DNA of 44,168 nt. It comes from Chlorokybus atmophyticus (lineage: Eukaryota; Plantae; Mesostigma and Chlorokybus algae). Below are positions 22,969-36,432 of this stretch, in pieces (position 1 is the first letter of the stretch; the number at the start of each line of letters is the position of its first letter). Position numbers and translations under genes: made by a program. Location: NCBI GenBank assembly GCA_009103225.1, contig RHPI01001412.1, positions 1 to 44,168 of the forward strand. The letters run 5' to 3'. Under the pieces are notes generated by a model. It made no database searches. It was given only the letters and a program-made list of their open reading frames with translations, and was not told where the DNA came from.

Positions 22969-23905
22969 TTAGATGCTGAGCATGTAAGTAGCAGTCAGGC
23001 TGCTTCTAGGCAATGTCTTGCAGTTGAGACAAAGTAAGTGATTGTTGAGATTGTGTAAATTTAGTAAATATGTGAAAAGCTGATGGGATATAGCTGTGTA
23101 GTGGTGATCTTTTTATGACGATTACAATAGCTATACACCTTCTGACAAACATGTCATCAACAAACAATTCAAACGCTCTCAGCATATTAGTCGCGCTGGC
23201 GTCATGTGCATATGGGTTTGTGACGTGCTGTGAGGAGTTGCTTGTGTCAATACGTCTGACATATCACAGTGCATGCTTTGCGTTCACGCGTCTTGCACAA
23301 ATACGTTTTGATTACCGGTAGGTCATTCAAACTACACCACAAGTAAGCACCTCGCAAAGCGCGTTTAGTATTGTCATTGCACCAAGTTTGCTCGTGCTAA
23401 AATTGCCATACATGCTGTGTATAGTAATGTAGTAAACCTGCGATAGCATTACAACGTTTACATTTCAGAGAAAGTAATCTATGATGCTGTGCACGACATA
23501 TTAGCATTGGGATAAAAAACTCTTTCACCACTTAAAAATGCAGTTACTTGTACGCGTGCGCGTGACTTGTACATAAGGTTTGTAGTAACCACCATTTCTG
23601 AGCGAGAATAAAATCTTGTGAGCTTCAATAGTTGTAGAAAAATTTATACAAGAGTAGCGCATAATGCACAAGGTATGGATTGTGTATGATGAGAAAAGTG
23701 CCCACAAATGTTACATGCTATGGTTGAGAGTCGTACGATAACCACTCAACTACCAAAGTACAAGACGTATACGACGCATTGAGTCTGACCTCACAAACCA
23801 TTGGTATGTAGTTCAATCGATCGATTATTTGCCTTCAAAGAAAAAATCATTTACAAACTGCTTAACATTGATATATGTAACTGCCGCCGCTTATGGCCGT
23901 CGTTC

Positions 23906-23977
23906 GGTTCCATGATCTAGTGGTTATGATGTCAGACTCTGAATCTGAATGCCCGAGTTCAAACCTCGGTGGAACCT
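23906..23977 (+). tRNA. trnQ: tRNA-Gln (anticodon CTG)
   Basis: Acceptor GGTTCCA/TGGAACC; anticodon arm TCAGA-CTCTGAA-TCTGA; T arm CCGAG-TTCAAAC-CTCGG; 72 nt. Confidence 0.97.
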
Positions 23978-24138
23978 CTCTATAGATCATGCCCTCAAAC
24001 TGAGGGTTCCGTGTCTTTGCTTCTTTTGGCGTGTTGCTCGTGAATTCCCATGACCAGTCTTCCCTAAGTCTTACTGCTGCAGTATACCTTGCATGCATTG
24101 TTTAGCGCAACTTGCACTGCGCAGAGTCGTCTGGCGCC

Positions 24139-27100
24139 ATGTCCGAGGCGGACGACATGGCCGCTGTGACGGCGGCGTCATCGGGCGTGGCCGACCCCTT
24201 CTGCATCAACTGCTGGTCCGGACCGCGATGCCTCAGCACCAGCCTCATGTACTCCTTCGCTCAGGCATGTCTCCATGACTGATAAGACAAGTGCTGGCTG
24301 TGTTGTGCTTGTTGTGGGTGTGGGTGTGGGTGTGGGTGTGGGTGTGGTCTTCGTTGTTGCTGATGTGTGTGATGTGACAGAGGACCGACACGGCGGTGCT
24401 GGATGAGCCTCTGTACGCCAACTTCCTGGTCCAGACTGGGGCGGAGCGGCCTTATCGCCAGGCTGTGCTTGATTCTCAGGTGTGCAACACCGAAAGTGCT
24501 ACTCGCACGACGGATATATGCATGCATGCATTTGACTGTGCAGTGCGAGAACGTACATATCGCACCATTATGATGGTGTTCGTGTTGGTACTGTTATTAC
24601 TGTTGTTATTGGTGACGCTGCCATTGCTGCTGCTGATGGTGGTGGTGATGATGTTGCTTCACTGCATCAAACAGCATGCATAAATGTATATGTGACTGTT
24701 TGACATCGGCGCGAACATACGCAGGATTCAGACGGCCCCCGCGTGGTGGACACGCTGCTGCTTGGCCCTCGCAAGACCAAAGTCCTGTACGCCAAGGTGC
24801 ACAGACATGACAGCTGGCACTCGATCATCATTCATTCAATTGACTAAGCACTCAGTTCCGGATTCGATCAATCACTCGCTCATTTCACTCGCGCACTCGC
24901 TCTATGTGTTTCATGCATTCATTCACTCAGCTGTTTTCCAGCCACCCGTTCATGCTTGCCATCACATGTCAAGTGTGAGTTGGTTTGCTCACACGTGCTC
25001 AGTCACGCACTCGCTTGCAACGTTTCCAATGCACAAGTTACTTGTGCATTGATCGGTCTGTTGATGAATGTGTTTGCTTTACTCATTCACACTGACTCAC
25101 CTGTTCTACTAATGTATGCACTCAGCACATGGGCAAGCAACGGACACCCAACCTGGGAAAGGACCTCCTCACCCAAGCCCGCCACGTCATACTCATCCGC
25201 GACCCCATCCACCTGCTGGTGAACACAACCTCCACAACCTCCACAACATCATCCACAACCACACACCAACATCTCCTCCTTTGTGCAGCCGTCCTTTGCT
25301 GAGGTGCTCCCGTGCACGCTGGAGGAGACGTGTCTGCCGGCGCTCGTGCAGCTGTACAGCGAGCTCAGGCAGCAAGGACGACCGCCGCCGGTGGTCGATG
25401 CCAACGTACTGCGACAAAACCCTGAGGTACACACTGCTGGCAATATGTGTGTTTGCGTGTGCGAGTGCGCTTGCTCACATGCAAGTGTGTGTGCATGTGC
25501 GTGTGTGTATGAGTGTGCGTGCGTGCGTGCGCACGTGCAACAATTCAGACGCACGCACGCACACTGTTTGTTGGACAAGTCACAGTCTAGTTGATGAGTC
25601 ATACTAGTCCAGATGCTTGAACGCTCCGTATAATTATTCTCTCATGCAGGGAACGTTGAGGGCTTTGTGCGCTGCACTCGGATTGGAATTCCAATCTCAG
25701 ATGCTGCAGTAAGTAAGTCAGCCGCTTGCAGTAGCATTAGTAGGTACAAAAACTATCAAGCAATTATAGTGGTTGTAACAATTTGTCGCAGTTGGAAGGC
25801 TGGCCCGCGCCCCGTAGACGGCGTGTGGGCCAAGTGGTGGTACGACGGCGTGCACACGCACTCGGGCTTCGACTCCTCCAGCACCCTCCCAAAGGTGTGT
25901 ATGTGCTCGCGCGCGTGCACGTGCACAAACACATTGTTTTATAACAATCACTCGCCTTTCGGCAGCCGTTTCCTTCGGAGCTTTACGACCTGCTCGAAGA
26001 ATGCAAGCCTTTCTACGAGTCTCTCCGCCGCCACGCTATACAACCGACTGAGTCGCGCTTACCGCTCCCCGTGCCTCGCAATGAGAAGATACTGGTGTGG
26101 GTTCACGATCGACTTGTCCCCCGCGAAGACGCAAAGGTGAGTATGACGGACGTCTGCATGATGATGTGGTGTAACGTCTGTACAAATAGGTGTGCACGTC
26201 GAGAATGTGCCTGCAGAGAGTGTGTAGCGCTGTGTGTGCAAGCGTACATATACACTGTCTTTTTCTCTAGTCCATTGTGGGGGTGTGGGGGTGAGCATGT
26301 GGAGGATGTGTGTGGGTGCACACAAACCTTCTACATGAGTCTGTACCACAACAAACAATACAGGAGGGTGGTGTGTGTGCGCGTGCGCGTGCAAGCGTGC
26401 GTTCAAGCGTGCGCGCGTCTGGTGCGTCTCTGTGTGTCTGCTCGCATAAGCGCGTGTGCGCGTGTGCCCAACATCCCCCCATATCCCCTTCACCTCCCAT
26501 CACACCCCGTCCCAGGTCTCCGTCTTCGATTCCGTCGTCCAAGGCGGCGACGCCGTCTGGGAGGGGTTGCGCGTCTACGGCGGCCGCGTCTTCCAGCTCG
26601 AGGCGCACCTCGACAGGCTGCGGGACTCCGCGAAAGCGCTTGCGTTCGAGGGGGTGCCGGAACGAGAAGACATAAAGGAGGTATGTGTGTGGGTGATGGG
26701 TTGGATGGTTGGAAGCATAGTCAGTGTGAAGTTCAGGATGAGAGGTGAAGTGGGATCACTGTGGTGCAGGCGGTATTTGCCACGCTGGTGGCTAACGGGA
26801 TGCTGGACAACAGCCACATACGGCTCACGCTCACCCGAGGCAAAAAGGTAGCACCCGCTGTGTCTGCTTGGCTGATATTGGTTGATACATCAATCATTTA
26901 TAGTTTGTTGATTGATCCACCAGTTGATTAATGTGGTTGACCAAGTGAGACTTGAGTAGTAGGATGGTCAATACATCTCTTCAATAGTGTTCTCATTGAC
27001 TGATTGTTTGCGTGGTTATGATATTCAACAAGCAAGCCATCGAGCATTTGATTCTGTGTTGTGTTGGAGCCCAGGTCACGAGTGGCATGAGTCCCCTCTT

Positions 27101-28269
27101 CAACCGCTCCGGCCCCACCCTGCTCGTCCTGGCGGAGTGGAAGCCGCCCGTCTACGACAACGCGGGAGGGATACGCCTGATCACCTCCAGCGTACGACGC
27201 AACTCGCCGCAGTGCCTGGACTCGGCCATACACCACAACAACCTACTCAACAACATCCTCGCAAAGGTGTGTGTGGGTGTGGGTGGGTGGGTGCGTCTGG
27301 GCGTGTATGCCTGCATGTGCGTGTGCGCGCGCTTGTTTATGTGTGCACGCACACGTTCGTGCGTATGTGTATGTGTATGTGTATGTATGTATACGTGCGT
27401 AGATGCGTGCATGTGTACACATCTGCACGCAAGTGCATGCGCTACTGTACGTGTACATTCTTGTGTACACGTACACATAGGTACACATATATGTAGCCAC
27501 ATACACGTAGACAGCACGCAGATCAGTTTCTACTACACACACATTTGCGGTACACACTCGTATTCACAGCTGACATGGACATGTCTCATGCTCAGATCGA
27601 GTCCAACCACGCTGGTGCCGACGACGCCGTGATGCTCGACCTCTCCGGCTACGTGGCCGAGACCAACGCTACGAACCTCCTCCTCGTGAAAAACAACGCC
27701 CTGATCGCGCCGATACCGGACCACTGCCTGCCAGGGATCACGCGGAGGACGGCGCTGCGGATCGCACGCGAAGATCTAAGGTTGCATGAAGTGGTGGAGA
27801 GGAGGGTCACGCCGTCGGAATTGTATACTGCGGATGAGGTGAGTGATTTTCTTTTTTGGGTCTGCCACTGTGTTCAGTTTTCTGTTCTGTTGTAGTTTTT
27901 CTTGTGTCGTTGGTGGTTGTTCTGTTCGTGTCGTGGTAATTGTTTCTCTGGGGCGCGCGCGCGCATGCCTTTGTTCGTGCGTGCGTGCGTGCGTGGGTGT
28001 GTATGTGTGAGTGCGTGTGTGGGTGTGCGTGTGTGTCAGAAGGTGAAGGTCCAACCTTTACAGGAGCTGATTGGTTGATGAACCACATCCATTTTCCTTT
28101 TCAGGTGTTTGTTACCGGCACTATGGGTGAGCTCACCCCCGTCGTGGAGATTGACGGGAGGACGATCGGTGACGGGAAAGTGGGGGAGGTGACCACTAAG
28201 TTGCAGCACGCTTACGCGCGGTGGGTCAAGACCAAAGCCGAGTTGTCTGTGGCGATACCGAAGCAGTGA
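24139..28269 (+). CDS. Branched-chain-amino-acid aminotransferase-like protein (N-terminal sulfotransferase-like P-loop domain fused to aminotransferase class IV), 13 exons
   Basis: INCWSGPRCLSTSLMYSFAQRTDTAVLDEPLY; DGVWAKWWY; VFDSVVQGGDAVWEGLRVY; IHHNNLLNNILAKIE; ETNATNL; LPGITR; ADEVFVTGTMGELTPV. Same two-domain architecture as plant BCAT-like proteins. Confidence 0.93.
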
Positions 28270-28639
28270 CAGTGTGATAGTGCAGGTTGATGGCAAATTC
28301 TGTATGTGTAGATGTTGTGTTGTTGGATTGGTACGTGCCGTGGTTGTCGTAGTTGGCAGTGGCATATAGCGTTGAGTAGTGAGTGTACCATAACATATCA
28401 TTTGCGAACGTCTGATTGGTGTGGGTGTTGGTGTTGGAAGTGATAGTTGTGTCGATACTACGGGGTGCGCTGGCTGAAAACATGTATCAAAGCCAAAAGA
28501 GCTTAGAAAGCGATAACAAGACATTGGCATGACATGTAGCATGGGCCATGCATGTCAAAGTAAGTGAGTTGTGGTATCTGTAAAGCTTGTATAGCTCGCG
28601 GGCAATGGGTGGATCAACGCACATGTTTGCTCGAAATGG

Positions 28640-29952
28640 CTACACGAAGCAGGTGAGGCCCGGGCCGCTGCCGTTGAAGAACTGTCCCGTCCATCCGCGT
28701 CCCTCCCTGTCTCTATAGACGCCTTCGCCGTGCATGCGGTTGTCGCGCCACGCACCCTCGTAGCGCGACCCGTCCGACCACTATGGCAGTGTTGGATGAG
28801 TCATGTGTTGTGTTGTGCTGTGCATGTGTGTATGTCGTACCTTGTATGTGCCCGTGCCTTGGTACGAGTTGTTCTCCCACTCGCCCTCGTACGATGCCCC
28901 CGAAGCGTACCGAAACACACCTGCGGGTGTGTGGTCTCTCTCTCAGGTGGGTTGCAATTCGGGATGCATTGGAGCTGCTTAAGGTTGCTTACAGTTTGCT
29001 CGCATGCGTGCGTGCATGTGCATGTGCGTGTTTGGGTATGTGCATGCATGCAAGCGTGTGTGCGCGCGTGTGTATGCCACCAGGAAGGCTGCATGTGTTA
29101 TCATGTGCGTGTGCGTGGTTGCGTGGTTGCGCGTGCGTGTGCGCGTGCAGGCGGGTGTAAGCGAGTATGTGTTTGTATACAAGCGTGTGCGTGCATGGCA
29201 AGTCAACATCATTGTGTACATATTTTATGCATGTGGATATCACTGACCGTGGCCGTGCATCTTGTCGTTGGCCCATTCACCATCATAAGAGTACGCGTGT
29301 TCCGTGTAAACGCCTTTGCCGTGGCGCACACGCGCGTGCCTTGCGCTCGTGCCACCTGCATGCATCGCAGTCAACATTACCAAGCGTGAACCGATACCGA
29401 TAGTGACACACATGTTGAACTTGTACAGAGAACACACATACCCTCTGCTGATTGAGGCATCAGCTTCCATTCCCCCTCTGCAGCAAGACGAACAGAGAAA
29501 CTGAGCTTTCGCCTTCAGCAAGTACTGGTGTGAACAAAAGGCATGCATGCATGCATGCATGCATGCATGCACGAATGCTAAAGCAAACAAGCACACGCAG
29601 AGGACATGCGTTCCACATGGGAGAAACAAGTGTTGATATATGTCCGTGTGTAAGCGTTGCTCCATGCACATCTGATGTACCGTAGATGGCTCCGTCCTCA
29701 TAGAAGAACTTGCCCGTCCCACTCGTCGGCGCGTCTGCGTGCACCAAGTCATTGTTGCGTATACTGCCCATGCCTTGTCATCCTCAGCATAACAGCAAGT
29801 CCCATCATCATCCTTATTTCCAGCCCCTTGCCTGCCGGCTGTTCTGTGGTCGAAGTCGCGTCCGCCGCCTGCTGAGCCGGCTCCTCCTCAACCGCCGCCG
29901 CTGCTGGTAGGGGGGCTTTGGTCGCTGCCGGCGCTGCGGCTTTGGGAGGCAT
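28640..29952 (-). CDS. MORN2: MORN-repeat protein, MORN2-like, 6 exons
   Basis: Repeats GTGKFFYEDGAIYEGEW, HGKGVYTEHAYSYDGEWANDKMHG, GVFRYASGASYEGEWENNSYQG, GTYKWSDGSRYEGAWRDNRMHGEG; C-terminus GWTGQFFNGSGPGL resembles the MORN2 ending. Orthology is recalled, not tested. Confidence 0.82.
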
Positions 29953-30575
29953 GGCTGCTCCTGCTGACTGCAGTGATGATGAGCGTGACCGTCATCATCA
30001 TAAGACAATAGTACTGGTAGACAGGTTTTGGACTAGATGCACACACACAGGCAGATGAACGCCTAGCTCGGTATGAAGACATTTAGCCACCCAGGTAGTT
30101 ACGATGGGTTTTGATAGTGGGGTAGGTAGCCACAATGATACATACACAGGTGTTCGCGGCGTCATTGCTCTGACAACAGATACACAATACTGTTCAAGTC
30201 TGTCGCACAAGTACAAGAAAGCCATTTTTGTCTCATAGCTATGCAGAAATCTTGGACTTCAACTGCCTGGCTTACGAGCGTGATAGGCGCCCAGTGGCGG
30301 AGGTACGGCCCTTCTCCGGCAAAAGCCCCTGCACGGTGAAGGCTGTGATAGTCCTGGGACTTCAAGTCAGACTCTTGCTCAACTCAGCGTCCTTCCCACC
30401 CGCGACAACGATCCCAACGCCGACGCCAACAACAACAACAAAAACAACGCCGACAAGGTCACGTGACGCGGTGCAAAGGAGCGGACATCTCAACTACCAA
30501 AGGATATCTGGCCAGACGAAGATATCCGGACATAATTGCAAAATTAGAACAAATGATGCTGCTCGGCAAAACCGT

Positions 30576-30599
30576 TGGAGCAGCAGGGTATCGATCCCT

Positions 30600-30632
<33 letters not shown>

Positions 30633-30648
30633 TTTGAGCTACTACCCC
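30576..30648 (-). tRNA. trnA: tRNA-Ala (anticodon CGC)
   Basis: Reverse complement GGGGTAG-TAGCTCAAATGGTAGAGC-GCGCGCTTCGCATGCGCG-AGGTA-CAGGGATCGATACCCTG-CTGCTCCA; T4 run just downstream; 73 nt. Confidence 0.96.
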
Positions 30649-30758
30649 GGACGTATTGCTGGGCAGCGTCTTCTTTTTATATATCTGAGTACTAAGTATA
30701 GTCAACAAAGTACGTGAGTCAGCAGCTCAGCGAGAGTGCGACCAAAGGACCGTCAACG

Positions 30759-30768
30759 AAACCCTAAA
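30759..30768 (+). promoter_or_regulatory. Telo-box (AAACCCTAAA) between the divergent MORN2-like and auxilin-like genes
   Basis: Exact plant telomere-repeat motif ~300 bp upstream of ATG 31068. Confidence 0.35.
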
Positions 30769-31067
30769 ACGGTCACGACGAGAGACACGACACAGCTGGC
30801 GAGCTCTCCTTGCTTGGACTGCTCCCTGCAAGCAACCTCACTGCCCGGCCTGTGCTGGGAGGGGCGATCCCGCTGCTGGCGGCGGCGGCGAGGGTGGAGG
30901 TGGACGGGGTGAGGGCTAGCAGGTTGAATGGCTCCGTTCTCGCCGTCCTGACTTGGAGGAGTGCGCTAGGCAGATCAAGGAGGTTGTTGGAAGGCCAATT
31001 TTAGCTTGCTAGAGCTAGCTTGCTGCGCAACCGATTGTGCCAAGCCAGGCCGGGCCAGGTGGCAGAC

Positions 31068-34000
31068 ATGGCGGACGACATGTTCTCGTCGATGCTGCAC
31101 GACAACTTTGGCCTGAAGCCGAGCGGCAAGGCCAATCCCATGAGCCGACCTGCGCAGACGGCCAGGTAGCTTGTGTGGGCTTGCTTTGCAGAACAGCAGG
31201 GTTTGATCGTACTTGCGCAGACTGCCAATATTGCGTTAGATTCGGTTAGGCAGCAAAAGGTCAACGCCGCTAGTGTTCACGCTGTTATGACTTGTGGTGC
31301 TGGCTGACAATGGCGCACAGGCTGCGTGAGTGGTTGAAGTTGCTGTCTTCAAGTTACAGCAACAGAGATAGAGTCATTGATTTCGTTTCCTTTGCAAATA
31401 CACTTACTCAAATTCCGCAGCGGGCAAGCAGCACTTTTCTTGTCGCATTAACTGTCTCTTGGTGTATGTGTTGTTTGATGTGGAAACTGTCCGCTGAACC
31501 ATTGGCGTGTGCGACACTGGTGAATGGTGACGACCCTCCTGCCTTGTGAACTGACTTTGCCTATCACAAGCTGAGGCAATCTCACATGGGGTAGGAGCGT
31601 TTACAATAGTTGATGAGGTCCAAGTTAATGCGAAGGCGGTGAGTCGAGGTTGACTGATCTTGACACCCTGTTTAGTTACAGAATTTTTAGTGGCTGTTGT
31701 GTCAAGTAGTCGCAGATTGCAGCAGCGCACACAGCTTTTGAACCCTGTTGTGTTGAGGCGTTAGTGTTTAGCAATTGCACTTGAGTGTGGTGGTTGTTAT
31801 GCACTGGACTACATGTATATGACGCTGGCTTGATCTCCACAATGTACTTCGATTGGAATGGGTGTTGATTGCTGCTCTGTGCAGACATGTAGACTTTTCA
31901 TCGCTATCAAGTTGTCGATTTGCTCGTCAGGCTTGATATGAAACCTCTTGTTCATCATCAACTAGACAGTGACATTGTTACCATCATAGCTGCTGCGTGT
32001 GTGTACTGGTTACAATGTACTGGCAAGCCGTTTCATCTCGTCTTGAAGAACTTGTAACTAACCTCACGGTGGTTGCGTGAGTAACCATGCATTGTTTCAC
32101 AGCAACCATGACCATGTACGAGTTAACCAGCATTTGCAGTGGTAACTTACTGTGGTCTGGCTCGCAGTGCACAACGCCAACCAATGGCTGGGGCGGGGTC
32201 CACCTGGGGTGCTGCGCCGGGTGGCATGGGTGGGGGTGGCATGGCGGGTGCAGCAATGGGTGGCATGGCGGGGGCGGCAATGGGTGGCATGGGTGGTTTG
32301 AAGACCGCTGCGAGTACAGGCCTCGGCAATCGCTCCAACAGCAATCCCTCTCTGTCTAGCAATGGCAAATCAACAAGCATGGGCGGGCCGGGTCTCTCCC
32401 CAGGCCCCACTGCACGCGCGACGCCAGGCGCAGGCTCCGGGCTGGACTCCTTGTTCCCTGGCAATTTGAGTGGTCTGGGAGCAACATGGGACGCCAAGTA
32501 AGCTGCTGCTACGCACATTGTGGTCGAAATGCTGAATTTTGGCAGTATGTTTTTAGTTCTCTGCTGCTTGTAGTTGATCCCATAGCTTGCAAGTTCTGCT
32601 ATTGGTGCCTTATCATGTGAGCATCGCTGTGTGCGCTTGGCGTATGCAGTCACTGTATATTAGTAAAGGTTGAACGTGCATCGTGAGACTGTCTAGTGCT
32701 GCTGCTTGAGCATTTCTAGCAAGGGGTAGTGAGCTATGATGCTAAAATAACGCTGTGCTTGTTGCAGGGCCCCGCAGCGGCAAGCCAGCCCTGGCAACGT
32801 GAAGTCCACTTCTGCAAACTCATCGGCGCCCGTCTCACCGCAACCAAAACCCGCTGCACCGCCCGAGCAGTCTCCACCAATGGTGTCACCAACTATGTCC
32901 AAGGTGTCAAGCACGAGCAGTCTCGATGACTTGATGGGGTTCGCTTCACCCACTCCACCACGACCGGGGCGGGATTCATTTGAAGGCGTGAGAAGGTGAG
33001 GACGTAAACATATGTTGTTATGTGGCTAATTCAGCACGTGCTGAACCCAACATGCACAGGGGTCCAACCGCTACCACGCCACGCACCGCACCCCCAACGG
33101 TGAATGTTGACGATGACCTGCTTGGCACGGGCATGGGGTCGGGACGTGCCAGTCCCGCACCCTCACCTGCGCCAGCTCCCATCCCAGCTTCAATACCATC
33201 CCCACGCCCTCCAGCTGCCAAATTCGCCGCCCAACCCACGTCAAAGCCCGCATCGCCGCTGTCACCAAAGTCAGAAGTGATCAATGCAGTCTTTGCCGAG
33301 GTCATACCCACTGTGCATCCGCCACCCAAACGACCTCCCCCACCTCCTCCCAGCAGCGCAGAGCCTGTCTCGCCTCCAACAACTCAACACACCGGTGCGG
33401 CTGCTACTGCTCAGGTGAGCTTAATGGCAAAGTGCAGCAACCTCCCTGTTGATGTGTGTACTACAAGAATGAGGAGGGAGATGCTTGGTGCTGTAGTTGT
33501 GGGGTACCATAACGAAAGCTGGTTTTGCACAGGTTGTTGATGACCTGATGGATGGCTTCAAGGCACCTCAGGCTGGGGCGGCTTCACCCGATGAAATCTT
33601 GAGTGGCTTTTCTACCACCACCAGCGCTGCTGCAGAAGATGTAGGAACAGTAGACGATTTAGAACAGTTCGCGCGCTCGGCTGATGCTCCACAACCTGCC
33701 ACAACTGCCACTAAGGTGTGACATGTTCCTTATACAGCGATTGCACAACAACAACGTCGGCAGCAGTCCGTTTTTAGTGATGCAATTGTGCCAACTTCAC
33801 AAGCTCATGTTTGCACATGCAGGCTTCCTTAGATGACTTGATGGGCATGGGAAGCCCTGGCAAAGCTGCAGGACCACCCCGAGGGCCTTCCTCAGCTGCG
33901 CCTGCAGGTAAGCTGCCATGTTTGATACGTATATCCGTTGGCGTTGTTTGCCAGTGCAAGACACTTGTCTGAATGCTATTTGGCGCTTGGGTGCAACAGA

Positions 34001-34998
34001 AGCCAAGGCCACATTAGACCCGGTAGATGACATGATGGGCTGGGCGTCCGCTCCGCCACCAGCCGCTCCGGCCAAGCCTGCTGGTAATGGTTCAGCCAAG
34101 GTCACACCGAAGTCATCCGTGGATGCGCTCTGGGGCGAACTTGGTGAGCACATAGCAACCGATTGTGTGTGTTGAGCATGATGCAGCATGTGTGAAAGAC
34201 GCACTTGTGTATGTAACCGATTGGGCAATGCTGGTGCTGATTGCACTATTGGCATGCAGAGTCTGAGATGCAAGGTGTTTCAATAAGTTCGGAGACATTT
34301 GTGGAGGATGAGACGCCGATTGAAGGCGAGCCGGAAGAGCGACGCTTATTGCGGCAACAACGCAAGGCCCGGGTCAAGCAGCGACAGATGGAGGCGCTCA
34401 TGGAGAAGCAAAAACGGGAAGCGCAGGCTGTTCTGGAGCAGGAGCAGAAGAGGGTAAGTACGCACTGTGCACACTCTCCTCGTGCATCATGGGCTAGCAG
34501 TCATGTGTTTTGCTGACACCCTTATGTCCATCTGCAGAAAATGCATGACGCGCTAGGCTCGGACATCAAGTTATGGGGAAACAAAAACAAGAACAACATC
34601 CGTGCGATGCTTGGGTCACTTCATGATGTTCTGTGGGAAGGCTCAGGGTGGAAGCCAGTAATGATCACGGAGTTAATCTCTACAGACGCAGTCAAGAAAG
34701 TGTACCGGCGCTCAAATCTTGTCATTCATCCTGATAAGGTATTGATGCGGTTGAGACATGGTGTACTATCAATGCTTTCTTCATCTTGATTATCGCAGCC
34801 CTTCTTTGCCTACTGTCCCGCTTGCTTGTCGCATCACAGACTACATACCAAAAGCTGTATCTCATAGTGAGTTTTACTCCTTGACTGCAGGTTGCCCAAA
34901 GAGGTTGCACAGTGGAGCAGCAGTTTATTGCGGAGCAGGTGTTCAACCTGATGCAAGGCGCATGGAAGATATTTGAGGCACAAGAGATCAAGTCTTAG
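31068..34998 (+). CDS. Auxilin-like J-domain protein (clathrin-uncoating co-chaperone), 10 exons
   Basis: N-terminal DNFGLKPSGKANPM; long Pro/Ser/Ala-rich middle with repeated DDLMG motifs; EGEPEERR; NIRAMLGSLHDVLWEGSGWKPV..VKKVYRRSNLVIHPDK-VAQRG..AEQVFNLMQGAW (C-terminal J domain with HPD). All introns GT-AG and phase-consistent. Confidence 0.92.
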
Positions 34999-36117
34999 GG
35001 TAATGCTAGCTCCTGCATCTGAAGCTCCTGCAATAGGGTCGTTATGTGTTTGGTGCCGGTGTACTACTGCGGACATTGGGATTGCCTGCCAGCATTGCTA
35101 TCGCTCTATGACGTGTATGATATGGTTGGTGAAAGCGGCAGGACATGCACTATGGAGTAATATCTGCTGTTGTTGCTACCAGTGCAATGTCTGTCGTGAG
35201 CCTCGCAGAGCAAGTTCAGTGAATTTGCTGTCAAGTGTGCTGCGTTTGAGCAGCCGTTGTATGGTTGTTCGGTGTGAGCATACTTGCAACATAGATACCA
35301 AGTTGTCGTGAGCATTGGGCAATGAGTATCTCAGTCATCATCACTGCTGCCAAAATGGGCAGTGCGTGCAACGTCATTTGCATGTGACTGCCGACCTCAG
35401 CAGCAACAACCCTGCGTGATTGGCAGTGTGCCGCTGTTTGTGTGGCAGTGCCCGACTGGTCGCCTGTGGCACCAGGCCCGCCAGTTACAGAGATGGACGC
35501 TTTGCTGGTGAAGGAGTAGATGGACGGGAGTGGCGCAGGCGAGGATGGTGGTGGTGGGTGTGTGGGACTGCAGTGACTGTGCAAGCAGAGTAGGTTGCTG
35601 ACTGTGCCTGCGTGCAATGCGGATGTGTGGCTGTGACTGCCGGCTTGGCATGGTCCTGAGCTGCGTGCACACTCAGTACCCGTGTACATGAGGGTGTCAG
35701 TGTACAGGATAAGCGGGACGATGTTGTAGGCATGCATTTCAACGCAATGCATCATGTGTGGAGCACATGCACCGCAGCATCCATTCACTTGCTTCGGTGC
35801 TGACGTGACCACACCTTAACCCTACAGCCGTGGGACACTGGTGCCAGCGGGGACTGCGACACTAGTGCTGTGCATGCTGGCACCTGCTGGCTAAGCACGC
35901 TGTGGAATTGTTAACGCAGGCTTCTACTCCCTTCTACTCCCTTGCCTGTAAGTGCTCAGGTGCGTGGAAGTCTCTTGCCTGCTTCCAAAGCATGCTGCCG
36001 GCAGTGCCTGGTGAGTAGTGCTACACACAGCCAGCATGTACTTCCCTTGGTCTCAGTGCTAGTAGTAGTCTTTGTTCGGGGAGTGAGTGATTGTGAGTGA
36101 GCGAGAGCAGAGGGGGG

Positions 36118-36283
36118 NNNNNNNNNNNNNNNNNNNNNNNNNNNNNNNNNNNNNNNNNNNNNNNNNNNNNNNNNNNNNNNNNNNNNNNNNNNNNNNNNNN
36201 NNNNNNNNNNNNNNNNNNNNNNNNNNNNNNNNNNNNNNNNNNNNNNNNNNNNNNNNNNNNNNNNNNNNNNNNNNNNNNNNNNN
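36118..36283. other. Assembly gap (166 N)
   Basis: Run of N. Single Ns also occur at 972 and 4933. Confidence 1.
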
Positions 36284-36432
36284 CATAAGGCAAAGTACCA
36301 GCAGTATCGAAACTTCACCGCCACTATGCAGTCAAAAGAAGAAAGACAGTCGAAACGAGAACAAGGAACGAAGAAGAAGATCTACTAGAGCGAGGAACAG
36401 ATATGCAGCGGAACGGCCTTTGACGCTTGCTG

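Noticed and set aside
20142-29403. Numerous Cys/Val/Ala/His-rich ORFs (CVCVC, HTHTH)
   Set aside because: These are translations of (TG/CA)n intronic microsatellites.
23745-30502. Shared 14-mer CTCAACTACCAAAG near both tRNA genes (23745-23758, 30489-30502)
   Set aside because: A few chance 14-mer matches are expected in 44 kb, positions relative to the tRNAs differ, and the A-box-like copy does not fold as a tRNA.
35100-36117. Further 3' exons of the SF2 ATPase beyond the N gap
   Set aside because: No helicase motif V or VI recognised, and frame continuity cannot be established across the gap.
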